From contig NZ_CP052135.1 in the NCBI RefSeq assembly GCF_012955605.1, positions 1,623,469 to 1,647,468 on the forward strand: a stretch of DNA of 24,000 bases, given 5' to 3'. Below are positions 7,705-16,062 of the stretch, piece after piece. This stretch comes from Bacillus fonticola. GTDB lineage: Bacteria > Bacillota > Bacilli > Bacillales > JC228. The first letter of the stretch is position 1. The number at the start of each line of letters is the position of its first letter. The notes beneath the pieces are model-generated. The model ran no database searches. It was not told where the DNA came from and saw nothing but the letters and a program-made list of their open reading frames with translations. A program made the position numbers and the translations under genes.

Positions 7705-7729
7705 GGGACAGGGGGCATCCCCTTGTCCC
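7705..7729 (-). other. GC-rich intercistronic hairpin between EIIC and EIIA
   Basis: gggacaggggg cat ccccttgtccc, about a 10 bp stem with one mismatch and no U-tract. Possible mRNA processing or stability element. Confidence 0.35.
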
Positions 7730-7735
7730 ATAACC

Positions 7736-9031
7736 TTATTCCGCTTTTTGCGTTTCTTTTTTCTCAATCTCATAATAATTTTTGTCTAGGAGTTTTAAGA
7801 ATGGCCACCAGATAACCATGACTACTACTAGGTTAAATGCTTGTAAAACGCCACCCTGCCATGCATTTCCTGTTGCCAAAAAGCCATTCAAAATAGGTGG
7901 CGTTGTCCATGGCACAATAATTCCGGCTGGCGGTGGAACCATACCTGTCGCCATCGCATAATACGTTATAATCGTAACAACCACCGGCGCTAATAGCCAT
8001 GGAATAATAATCAATGGGTTCATAATGATTGGCAGTCCGAAAATAATTGGTTCATTTACGTTAAAGATTCCCGATGGTGCTCCCAATTTCCCCATTTCCT
8101 TAAGCTGCCTACTTCGTCCAATCATAAAAATTAAAATGATAACAGCTAAAGTCATACCAGATCCACCCATCCCAACTAAAAAGGAATCGATGAACTGTTT
8201 TGTAATTATGTTAGGAAGTTCAGTACCTGCCTGGAAAGCACTTAAATTCTCATCATTTAATGCATACCAGATTGGATCAAATACTGAGTTGACAATAATT
8301 TGGCCGTGCAACCCGAAGAACCAAAATACTTGAATCAATAATACAGCGATAATCGTTGCCGGCAATCCGCTACCCAATGCTGTTAAAGGTTCTTGAATGA
8401 CGGTGTAAATGAAATTTTGCACAGTATCGAATGATGTATAACTAAATATAATGCGAATGATTAAAAATACAGTAAGCGTTAATGTAATTGGAATTAATGC
8501 ACTAAATGATTTGGACACAGCTCCAGGAACACCAGCGGGCATCTTTATTGTCCAATTTTTTTGTACAAAAAACCGGTAAAGCTCGGCTGAAATAAAGGCT
8601 GTGAAAATACCAAGGAACATCCCTTGTGCACCAAGACTTGCTGTTGGAATAACACCAGAAACACCGTCAAGTACTTGTGGTGTCAAAATGAGAAAAGAAG
8701 CAAATGCTACAACACCACCGTAAATAGCTTCTCCCTTATAGTACTCCGTCAACTTATACCCAATCCCAATTATTACAAATGTTCCCATAATACTTAGCGT
8801 TGCAGCTGATGCTGGACCTAAAGCATCTTGATAGGCCGCAAAAGCATCTTCACTTATAAACTTATCAAGGAATGGGAAATTCGCAATAACCACGAATATC
8901 GAGCCAAAAATAATCAGTGGTAATGCTGTCATAAAACCATCACGCAATGCAGATAAATAACGATTGTTGTTTAATTTGTCTGCAATCGGTAACAAAATAT
9001 CCTCCAAGAATTGCATAAATTTACTGTTCAT
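7736..9031 (-). CDS. licC: PTS cellobiose/lichenan family EIIC permease
   Basis: 431 aa polytopic membrane protein with the typical N-terminus MQFLEDILLPIADKLNNNRYLSALRDGF. Confidence 0.93.
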   Translation of the reverse strand: MNSKFMQFLEDILLPIADKLNNNRYLSALRDGFMTALPLIIFGSIFVVIANFPFLDKFISEDAFAAYQDALGPASAATLSIMGTFVIIGIGYKLTEYYKGEAIYGGVVAFASFLILTPQVLDGVSGVIPTASLGAQGMFLGIFTAFISAELYRFFVQKNWTIKMPAGVPGAVSKSFSALIPITLTLTVFLIIRIIFSYTSFDTVQNFIYTVIQEPLTALGSGLPATIIAVLLIQVFWFFGLHGQIIVNSVFDPIWYALNDENLSAFQAGTELPNIITKQFIDSFLVGMGGSGMTLAVIILIFMIGRSRQLKEMGKLGAPSGIFNVNEPIIFGLPIIMNPLIIIPWLLAPVVVTIITYYAMATGMVPPPAGIIVPWTTPPILNGFLATGNAWQGGVLQAFNLVVVMVIWWPFLKLLDKNYYEIEKKETQKAE

Positions 9032-9052
9032 ATCGTTTCCCCCCTGTTTTGT

Positions 9053-9361
9053 TTACTCCCCAATTAATTCAAGGGCCTTATTCAAAACTGCCTTTCCATC
9101 TACTCGGCCATATGCCACAGGATCAATAACATCTAGTGGAATACCAACCTCTTCAGCTCTTTTAGAGAACTTTTTCTTCATAAACCTCATTTGTGGCCCA
9201 ATTAATAAAACATCCGCCTTCTCCATATCAGCTGGCGCCTTATCCTGTGCCACAGCCCAAATCTCAACTTCTAAACCCTTTTCCTTAGCTTCCTCCTCCA
9301 TTTTTTTTACCAACAAGCTAGTTGACATTCCTGATGAACATGCTAATAAAATACGTTTCAT
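9053..9361 (-). CDS. licB: PTS cellobiose/lichenan family EIIB
   Basis: MKRILLACSSGMSTSLLV with the active-site Cys context; 102 aa. Confidence 0.9.
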   Translation of the reverse strand: MKRILLACSSGMSTSLLVKKMEEEAKEKGLEVEIWAVAQDKAPADMEKADVLLIGPQMRFMKKKFSKRAEEVGIPLDVIDPVAYGRVDGKAVLNKALELIGE

Positions 9362-9442
9362 TTATAATTCCCCCAATTTTTTGTAAAGTTCAAGTTGTAT
9401 TTCTATTGTAAAATACAACCGCTTTCAGCTACACACATTGTT

Positions 9443-9462
9443 TTTCCGTTAGATAGCGGAAA
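9443..9462. promoter_or_regulatory. Perfect-arm palindrome TTTCCG-N8-CGGAAA upstream of licB; candidate LicR operator
   Basis: tttccgttagatagcggaaa, directly adjacent to the cre-like site. Confidence 0.3.
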
Positions 9463-9478
9463 TGATTAAGCGCTTACA
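9463..9478. promoter_or_regulatory. cre (CcpA) catabolite-responsive element
   Basis: Minus strand reads TGTAAGCGCTTAATCA, close to the cre consensus TGWAANCGNTNWCA. Located upstream of licB. Confidence 0.5.
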
Positions 9479-9496
9479 TTTTGGCTGGAAGGATAA

Positions 9497-9525
9497 CTAA
9501 AAGCTCTCTACATAATGTAAAGAGC
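9497..9525 (-). terminator. Rho-independent terminator after the oxidoreductase gene
   Basis: Minus strand reads GCTCTTTACA tta TGTAGAGAGC followed by TTTTAG. Confidence 0.6.
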
Positions 9526-9538
9526 CCTCTATTATCTA

Positions 9539-10453
9539 TTAATGTTTCAACAACGTGTCAACAACCACCTGTGTCTTCAATCCTTCAAGCCCATCCACAA
9601 TCGGCTGTTTATCATTCTGAATACATGCAATAAAATGGTGTATCGCGTTTTCAAAGCCCCGCTGTCTGCCCACCGTTTCCCACGATGGAGGAGTTTTAAT
9701 CACCGTTTTATCATCTTGTTCTATCTCCATCGTATGCATATTTTTAACACGTATAATTGTACCGTCTGAAAAAAGTTCTAATTGCTCTAGATTAGACCCA
9801 GCGTTACGATGCATTGCTGTAGTGAATGCTATTTTATCAGAAGATTCATAGGTATGTTGCGCAGAGATGAGCTGATTTTCATGGTTGATTTGTAGATTTT
9901 TATACATAGCCTGTAAGTCTCCATCTGCCAGCCAACGAACTGTGTCAACCAAATGAATGTAATCGTCCAGCATTGTAAACTTAGCTGAATTAGGACCAAT
10001 TCCGTTAACCCTATGCTTTTCGAATCGGACCCAAGCTAACTGATTCGCTTTTTTCTTTGCCTCTATATACATCGGGGCAAAACGCCGGTTAAATCCCACC
10101 ATTAACTTTCTTCCATGCTTATTACTTAAATCTACTAATTTCTCCGCCTCTGAAACTGTTGCCGCCAATGGCTTATCAACATAGACATCGATTCCTTTGT
10201 TTAAAAGCTCTGATACAACTTCATAATGAGAACCTGTTGAACTATGCACGAAGACCGCATCACAATTTTGTGCCAAGGCTGACAAACTGGCAAAATCCTG
10301 AATACGGTATTGCTTACATATAGATTTCCTTTTCTCCATACTCGGTGAAAAGGCACCAACAAACTCCCAGTCTATTTCTTTTGTAAGAATTGGCAGGTAT
10401 GCTTTCTGCGCAATACCACCCAACCCAATCATTCCAACTCGAACCCTTCTCAC
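9539..10453 (-). CDS. Gfo/Idh/MocA family NAD(P)-dependent oxidoreductase
   Basis: N-terminal Rossmann motif VGMIGLGGIAQKAYLP. GTG start with an AAGGAGGGA RBS. Confidence 0.88.
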   Translation of the reverse strand: MRRVRVGMIGLGGIAQKAYLPILTKEIDWEFVGAFSPSMEKRKSICKQYRIQDFASLSALAQNCDAVFVHSSTGSHYEVVSELLNKGIDVYVDKPLAATVSEAEKLVDLSNKHGRKLMVGFNRRFAPMYIEAKKKANQLAWVRFEKHRVNGIGPNSAKFTMLDDYIHLVDTVRWLADGDLQAMYKNLQINHENQLISAQHTYESSDKIAFTTAMHRNAGSNLEQLELFSDGTIIRVKNMHTMEIEQDDKTVIKTPPSWETVGRQRGFENAIHHFIACIQNDKQPIVDGLEGLKTQVVVDTLLKH

Positions 10454-10809
10454 TATCGCATCCCTCCTTGGGTTATATTGTGAAACTAGGGGATGGTTCT
10501 TTTAGCCCGAGTTACGGCTAGAAGGCTTTGGAATCCCCGTATATCAATATTCTTATGTTTTATTTGGTCACTACAACCTTTTTCAGTTTACTTTGAAAAA
10601 TCACCCTATTCCCCTATACTATGTAAACACCTTCTTTGATTAAATTCAGACTAACAGTAGAAGCAAAAGGGGAAAAAAGTCAACTACATCAGGCATTTTC
10701 CTTAGGTCACTACAATTAAAAAGTGAGAATTAAAATCCTATAATATCAAGGTTTATGAGGTGCCATATACCCCATTTTAGCCTTTTTACAAAATTTTTGC
10801 CGAAACTTG

Positions 10810-10845
10810 GGGGAACACAAGAATTGTCCCCGTGTTTTGTCTCGG
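10810..10845. repeat. Dispersed hairpin repeat (GAACACAAGAAyyGTCCCCGTGTT family)
   Basis: ggggaacacaagaattgtccccgtgttttgtctcgg. Related copies at 3373-3436, 3732-3787, 20233-20286 and 21160-21178, plus an inverted variant at 22943-22969. Confidence 0.6.
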
Positions 10846-10866
10846 TTGCCCTATAGCACATCATCA

Positions 10867-11100
10867 TGTAATATGAGAAAATGCAGAGTAGAAATAAAAA
10901 GACCGTGGTAGATAATAGCACTACACACGGTCAAAGCAACCACATACCGCGGAATTAGCGGCTAACCTGTGAGTAAGAAATAGTCACCCAACTTGGGTCG
11001 GAGGGGTGGCTATTTCTTTTTGTTTACGGCGACAACGATAGCTACGATTGTTCCTGTATACACAGCCTGAAACGTCTGTGCAGCAATGACAATTGTAACA
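10867..11100 (-). pseudogene. Type I toxin/antisense locus, copy 2: toxin 5'-truncated, antisense RNA apparently intact
   Basis: Reads ..PVTIVIAAQTFQAVYTGTIVAIVVAVNKKK(stop at 11010-11012) with no start codon or RBS; it is cut by peptide module C. The plus-strand TGTAATAT -10 and shared terminator are retained. Confidence 0.5.
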
Positions 11101-11156
11101 GGGCACCGTCACTACTTTTCCTTCACACTAAGCATATCTTTATGTATAATGAGATA

Positions 11157-11285
11157 TAAATAAAGAGAGAAGTGTTTGACACTTCTCCCTGCAACCTCTA
11201 CCGCCAGGGTGGTGGTTGTCAAAAATTATTTACTTTTCTGAGAACCACCCTTTTGCTTGTGACGGCGTAGGGTGGTTTTCTTGTC
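11157..11285 (+). ncRNA. Predicted antisense RNA of small-basic-peptide module, copy C
   Basis: TTCACA, 17 nt spacer, TGTATAAT (TATAAT at 11145-11150). 5' hairpin. AACCACCCT/AGGGTGGTT stem followed by TTTCTTGT. Confidence 0.45.
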
Positions 11286-11375
11286 CTCTAGTACGTTTTT
11301 TCGAAAGAGAAATGCCGCACTTTCACGCATTACCCCTTTCAAAATTTCACGAACGACTTCAAGAAATGTTTCCAT
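11226..11375 (-). CDS. 49-aa basic small protein, copy C
   Basis: METFLEVVREILKGVMRESAAFLFRKNVLEDKKTTLRRHKQKGGSQKSK. GGAGGTGA RBS. Extended -10 TGTATAAT on the minus strand about 75 nt upstream. Confidence 0.6.
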   Translation of the reverse strand: METFLEVVREILKGVMRESAAFLFRKNVLEDKKTTLRRHKQKGGSQKSK

Positions 11376-11700
11376 GATTATCACCTCCCTCCCGATCCAA
11401 ATCGGAAAGAAGACAGACAACCAACCACCCTCACAATATTCAGTTGCACACTTCCATTATACACTCACTTATTGAAGATTACTAGAGAAACAAGAAACAT
11501 ACGTTCCCGTCCATAAGAGACTATTCAATTCACCCTTTTGTAAGGCTTATAAAGCGTTTATCTATTTTAACTATTTACTCGTTAATTAACAACCGTGAAA
11601 CAAGAGAGTTCGGGTGGTGCCTGTGAATTGCGCCCATGATAGTAGACACGAATAATTCAGGAAATCCATGACCATAATGGTGAAAAAAAGGAGCGATTCG

Positions 11701-12003
11701 ATGTCTACTAAAAGAAGTTATAAATCTTATTCGTTTGAACTCAAACTGGATGCAGTTAAAAGAGTACAAGCTGGAGAAAGTGTAAAGGTTGTAGCCAAAC
11801 AATTAGATGTGGTTGATCCTGATTATATTTATGTGTGGATTGATAAATATGAAACCTATGGAGAAGTTGGCTTAAAACGCAAGAAGAGAAACAGTTCCAT
11901 AAGTGACCAAGATATAATTAAAGATTTGGAAATGGAGAATGAAATACTAAAAAAGTATCTTCAAATTCAACGAAAGGAGGGAAAAAGGCAAAGTTCAAGG
12001 TAG
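11701..12003 (+). CDS. IS3-family transposase OrfA (HTH)
   Basis: MSTKRSYKSYSFELKLDAVKRVQAGESV... with a leucine-zipper-like C-terminal end. AAAGGAG RBS before the ATG at 11701. Confidence 0.8.
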   Translation: MSTKRSYKSYSFELKLDAVKRVQAGESVKVVAKQLDVVDPDYIYVWIDKYETYGEVGLKRKKRNSSISDQDIIKDLEMENEILKKYLQIQRKEGKRQSSR

Positions 12004-12011
12004 TTGACGAA

Positions 12012-12916
12012 ATGAAGTCTAAATACCCCGTCTCTAAAATATGTGACAAACTTGAAGTGTCGCGAGGCGGATACTATAAATATGTAAAGAATAAAGGGAA
12101 ACAGAAAAGAGTATCTAATAAAGATAAGGAATTAAAAGAATATATCACAATTGTTTATAACGAACACCAAAAGAACTTTGGTTATCGAAAGGTTCACGGG
12201 GAATTGAGAAACGAACACAACCTTCCAGTAGGCGAAAAAGTCGTTAGAAGGTTAATGCGAGAGTTAGGATTAAAGAGCCAAACACGTAAGAAAAAGAGTA
12301 AATCAGTGAACGGGAATAAAGTGACAGCAGCTGGTTATATCTATCAGAACCTATTAAAAAGAGATTTCTCCATCACTAAAATTAGTGAAAAATGGGCTAC
12401 AGATGTGACTGAATTTCCAATTGGTGATAAAAAGCTTTACCTCTCTGCTTTATTAGATTTACATGATAACTTTGTTTTAGGATATCATATCAACTATCTG
12501 AAGTTCACGACGTCAAACTGGTAGAGGATACGCTTATGTCTTCATTAGAATCTAGAAAACCAGAAGAGGGTATCATTCTTCATTCTGACCGCGGAATGCC
12601 CTACCGTTCCACTCGATGGAATGAATTAATGGGCACGTGTAACATCCTCCCAAGCATGTCTAGAAAAGCGAATGCCCTTGATAATGCATGCATAGAAAGC
12701 TTCTGCTCATTTTTAAAGACGGAGCATAAAGAATTAAAATTAGTCAAGAAAATAGAGTTAGCCAAGCAAATCATCCATGAATATATAGACTATTATAATC
12801 ATAAGCGCATTCAAGGAGTTTTAAATTACAGGACCCTGCTTACTACGGTAAAGCGAGTTAAAAGCGGGCAGATGCCAAGGATTCTCCTTCTCATCTTGAC
12901 AAGCCAACCTCTCTGA
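12012..12916 (+). pseudogene. IS3-family transposase OrfB (DDE), split by a frameshift near 12490-12530
   Basis: The DDE residues lie in WATDVTEF, LHSDRG and DNACIESF, spread over two track ORFs (12012-12524 and 12536-12916) in different frames. Confidence 0.8.
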
Positions 12917-13097
12917 GACACTTTCAGGATGATGAGAAGGAAAGGAACTAAGTCTTAAAGGAACTGGTTCCTTCAGTGAAAACCGAATTTATATTGTCTA
13001 CTTTTAGGATCGCAACGCACAGGCACTCTGCCATCAAATGTTTGGCACCGAAATGAAAAAGTTTGCGGCGATACTCAACGTTATGTATAATATGAAT

Positions 13098-13247
13098 AAA
13101 TGTAGCGTAGAAATAAAAAAGACCGCGGTAGCTACAACTACACACGGTCAGGTAACAACTCATGCCGCAAGGATTAGCGGCTAACCTGTTAAGGGCATAG
13201 AAATAGTCACCCTACTTTGGTCGGTGAGGGTGGCTATTTCTTTTTAT
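13098..13247 (+). ncRNA. Predicted antitoxin antisense RNA of the type I locus, copy 3
   Basis: Extended -10 TGTATAAT (TATAAT at 13086-13091). 5' hairpin GACCGCGGTAG..CTACACACGGTC. Strong terminator GAAATAGTCACCC..GGGTGGCTATTTC followed by TTTTTATTT. Overlaps the toxin stop codon and the whole toxin 3' UTR. Ends are estimates. Confidence 0.5.
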
Positions 13248-13341
13248 TTATGGCGACAACGATGGCTACGATTGTTCCTGTGTACACAGCCTGAAATGTC
13301 TGTGCAGCAATGACAATTGCAACAATTTCTGTTGTCTCCAT
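13234..13341 (-). CDS. 35-aa hydrophobic peptide, type I toxin-like (not in ORF track)
   Basis: METTEIVAIVIAAQTFQAVYTGTIVAIVVAINKKK: one predicted transmembrane helix plus a KKK tail. GGAGGGGGTGA RBS 7 nt upstream. Minus-strand terminator with a U-tract at about 13108-13145, so the mRNA 3' UTR is fully antisense to the plus-strand RNA. Confidence 0.6.
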   Translation of the reverse strand: METTEIVAIVIAAQTFQAVYTGTIVAIVVAINKKK

Positions 13342-13368
13342 GAGCTTCACCCCCTCCAAAGGGAGTGT

Positions 13369-13413
13369 TAGTGGATTGCGCCCATCATAGCAGACACGTA
13401 TACTTCAGGAAAT
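13369..13413 (+). repeat. Solo IS3-type left-end (IRL) remnant
   Basis: gtggattgcgcccatcatagcagacacgtatacttcaggaaat matches the IRL of the IS at 11623-11667. A shorter remnant lies at 1377-1397. Confidence 0.6.
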
Positions 13414-13798
13414 GTATTTGAGCATTGCTACGGACTCTTTTTTCGTATGTACTAAGCATTGTTGCTAATTTTCCCATCAATTCTGTACCAATTCCCTCGT
13501 CATGTGGAATTTTTATAAACCATTCCTTTAATACTTCTTCCGTATGAACACCTGTCTTTCCTTTACCGCGGTTATATCTCGATGAATTCATGTTTTTATA
13601 GCCGATGAATTTACTCGGACCAAATAAATCGAGTTCGGTTATATAATACCAATGTTTGAACATAGTCAATTGTGTTACAATGTCTAATTCATTTTCCAAG
13701 TCTTCATTGAACTGTTTTACGTTTTGTTTCACTTCATCAAGACTTGTAACTAATTCTCCTAGAAAAACACCTGGCTCATATACTTTTCTTTCATCCAT
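13385..13798 (-). CDS. Hypothetical protein (137 aa), C-terminus replaced by IS-remnant sequence
   Basis: Start moved to MDERKVYEPG, which has an AGGGGGA RBS. The last ~10 codons (IHFLKYTCLL) are encoded by the IRL remnant, so the gene looks 3'-truncated. No motif recognised. Confidence 0.5.
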   Translation of the reverse strand: MDERKVYEPGVFLGELVTSLDEVKQNVKQFNEDLENELDIVTQLTMFKHWYYITELDLFGPSKFIGYKNMNSSRYNRGKGKTGVHTEEVLKEWFIKIPHDEGIGTELMGKLATMLSTYEKRVRSNAQIHFLKYTCLL

Positions 13799-14143
13799 TC
13801 TTCTATTCCCCCTGTTAATCACAACAAATTCTGCTAGATTAAAAGTTTTGGTTGTTCCTTTATATTTACAATTCAAAAATTTTATGGTCTGTTTTGTTCT
13901 TATAGTAAAGATACTTTAGTATGTAAATCATCAACTTTCAACGCTTTATCTATTACTCCACTTCAACTACAAGTGCCTAAAACTGTTCATAAATTCGAGC
14001 GATGACAGGCATCATCCTGTAAACAGTCACTTTCCTTCCTCTGAAAAACCTTCGATATTTTCATATTCCCCCAGTATAGAAACTGTACTTCTCCGGAGTA
14101 ATGTGCTACCTTTTTTGCATATTATGAGGGGGAGTTTTTTATT

Positions 14144-14674
14144 TTGATTATTCCTTATGATTTCGAGATAGAGCTGAGTGAGTATGCTGTATTAGGAAAA
14201 GAGAATGATTTTCCAATGTTTGATCAATGTCCAAACTGTCAGTGTCCTTCACCAGGAAACATACATAGACATGGCTATTATTGGCGTTTTGGCGTGACGG
14301 AGGAGGAGACCGTTAGGGTTCCCATCTGCCGAATGAAATGCTTACAGTGTAAAGTGAGCTTATCCATCCTTCCGGACTTTTTCATTCCCTACTTTCAACA
14401 TACAATTCATACGATCTTACAGAGGGTTTATCAGCTATTACATGATAAGAAAGGAAAGAGTAGTCGACAATTACTAAGATTTCACCTAACGAGGTTCTGT
14501 AAGAGTCTAAAGTGGGTTCATACATTTCTAGTAACTTTAGGTGTGGTAAGCGGGTTTTCAGCAGATATAAAAAAAGAGGCCATAAAATATTTGAACCTGC
14601 TCCGAGATTTTGGCGAATCCACCTTCTTACGAAGGTCTTGGGGGCATAATTCATCATACTTTATGGCACATTAA
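14144..14674 (+). CDS. Cys-rich zinc-ribbon-like transposon accessory protein
   Basis: CPNCQC...C..C (CRMKCLQC) motifs. First gene of the element. From memory this resembles DUF6431-type proteins found ahead of Mu-like transposases in Firmicutes; this was not searched. Confidence 0.65.
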   Translation: MIIPYDFEIELSEYAVLGKENDFPMFDQCPNCQCPSPGNIHRHGYYWRFGVTEEETVRVPICRMKCLQCKVSLSILPDFFIPYFQHTIHTILQRVYQLLHDKKGKSSRQLLRFHLTRFCKSLKWVHTFLVTLGVVSGFSADIKKEAIKYLNLLRDFGESTFLRRSWGHNSSYFMAH

Positions 14675-14808
14675 TTCTACCATATTTTTAGCGATATAAA
14701 AAAATTGTTCATCCCACACACTTTTTTCATAGTCGGAAAACCCCGAAAAAAGTAGAATAATAACCATGGATGACCGGTCGTCCTTCTCACTAAAAGGAGG
14801 AAGATTCC

Positions 14809-16062
14809 ATGAATGAAAAAGAACGGGAACAAGTAGCCTTATTTCGGTATGGACTAATTGCCCCACTATTAAATGAACAGGTGGATGCCAAAGAATACTT
14901 TGGAGAGTTAGTAGGAAAGGTTCACTCCATTCCTTATTATGGAGAGCGAACCGTCGCAGAAAAAACGATGAAGGAATGGCTGCTTCATTACCGCAGACAT
15001 GGGTTTGAAGCATTAAAGCCGAAGAAACGGACAGACCGAGGAAATTCGAGAAGGTTATCGGCTGATGACCAAGATCAACTTCTCGAACTACGAAAAAAAA
15101 TTCTCCATATGCCCGTGAGTGTCTTCTATGAGCACCTCATTGAGCTAGGAGAAATAAAGAAAAATACAATATCATACTCTACTATAAACCGATTACTTAA
15201 AAAACACAATCTAGTAGGGAAAAGAATTGTCGCAACCCCTGAAAGAAAAAGGTTTGCCCATGAACGAGTCAATCATTTATGGCAGGGGGATCTGTCTCAC
15301 GGGCCTTACATTCCGATTGATGGCAAAAAGAAAAAGACGTTTCTAATCGCTTATATTGATGATTGTTCTCGTCTCGTTCCGTTTGGTCAGTTTTTCTCAT
15401 CAGAGAAATTCGACGGTGTAAGAGTCGTGACCAAAGAGGCCCTTCTTCGAAGGGGAAAGCCAACGATGATTTATGCCGATAATGGCAAGATTTATCGTTC
15501 AGAAACTCTTCAATATGCATGTGCTCAATTAGGGATAACGCTAGCTCACACACAGCCTTACGACCCTCGTGCGAAAGGCAAGATTGAAAGGCTCTTTAAA
15601 ACGATTCAAACGAGGTTCTATCCTTTACTCCAAGCAAAACCAGTAGACTCTTTAGAAGAGCTAAATGAACGGTTTTGGCGTTGGCTAGAAGAAGACTATC
15701 ATCGTCGTATTCATGCATCTTTAGATGGAAAGACTCCGCATGAAGTCTACCAATCTCAATTGGAGAACGTGACGCTTCTTGAGAATACAGCGATTCTAGA
15801 CACGATCTTTTTGAAGAGAGAACACCGAAAGGTGAAAGCCGATAGTACAATCACTTTAAACAAACAACTCTATGAGGTACCCCCACGTTTTATCGGACAA
15901 TCCATTGATGTCCGCTTTGATGAGACAGGCATTTTTGTATTTGAAGAGGATCAAAGGGTGGCTGAAGCAGTACCTGTATCAATGACAGACAATGCCAAAG
16001 CAAAACGAGTGCGTTCTCCCTTTACCTTAACGGACGAAAAGGAGGGGAACGACTATGTATAA
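14809..16062 (+). CDS. DDE (rve/Mu-type) transposase, TnsB/TniA-like
   Basis: N-terminal HTH EQVALFRYGLIAPLL. DDE candidates are WQGDLSH, IYADNGKIY and KGKIERLF. Mu-transposase-like C-terminal region. AGGAGG RBS. Confidence 0.88.
   Translation: MNEKEREQVALFRYGLIAPLLNEQVDAKEYFGELVGKVHSIPYYGERTVAEKTMKEWLLHYRRHGFEALKPKKRTDRGNSRRLSADDQDQLLELRKKILHMPVSVFYEHLIELGEIKKNTISYSTINRLLKKHNLVGKRIVATPERKRFAHERVNHLWQGDLSHGPYIPIDGKKKKTFLIAYIDDCSRLVPFGQFFSSEKFDGVRVVTKEALLRRGKPTMIYADNGKIYRSETLQYACAQLGITLAHTQPYDPRAKGKIERLFKTIQTRFYPLLQAKPVDSLEELNERFWRWLEEDYHRRIHASLDGKTPHEVYQSQLENVTLLENTAILDTIFLKREHRKVKADSTITLNKQLYEVPPRFIGQSIDVRFDETGIFVFEEDQRVAEAVPVSMTDNAKAKRVRSPFTLTDEKEGNDYV

Larger units (their letters stand above)
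11621..13023 (+). mobile_element. IS3-family (IS150-like) insertion sequence, probably inactive
   Basis: Imperfect terminal inverted repeats, about 29 of 41 positions matching: cctgtgaattgcgcccatgatagtagacacgaataattcagg versus the reverse complement of the 12985-13023 end. orfA and orfB are in the -1 arrangement. No clear target duplication. Confidence 0.8.

Noticed and set aside
11975-11990. Programmed -1 frameshift signal between IS3 orfA and orfB
   Set aside because: The frames have the right -1 relationship, but the only candidate, GGGAAAAAGG, has five A's rather than the usual A6G/A7 heptamer. In addition, orfB carries a separate disabling frameshift, so no functional signal can be claimed.
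12948-13163. 71-aa minus-strand ORF in the track
   Set aside because: It spans the IS3 right end, the antisense-RNA promoter and the 5' hairpin. It is Cys/Phe-rich nonsense with no RBS.
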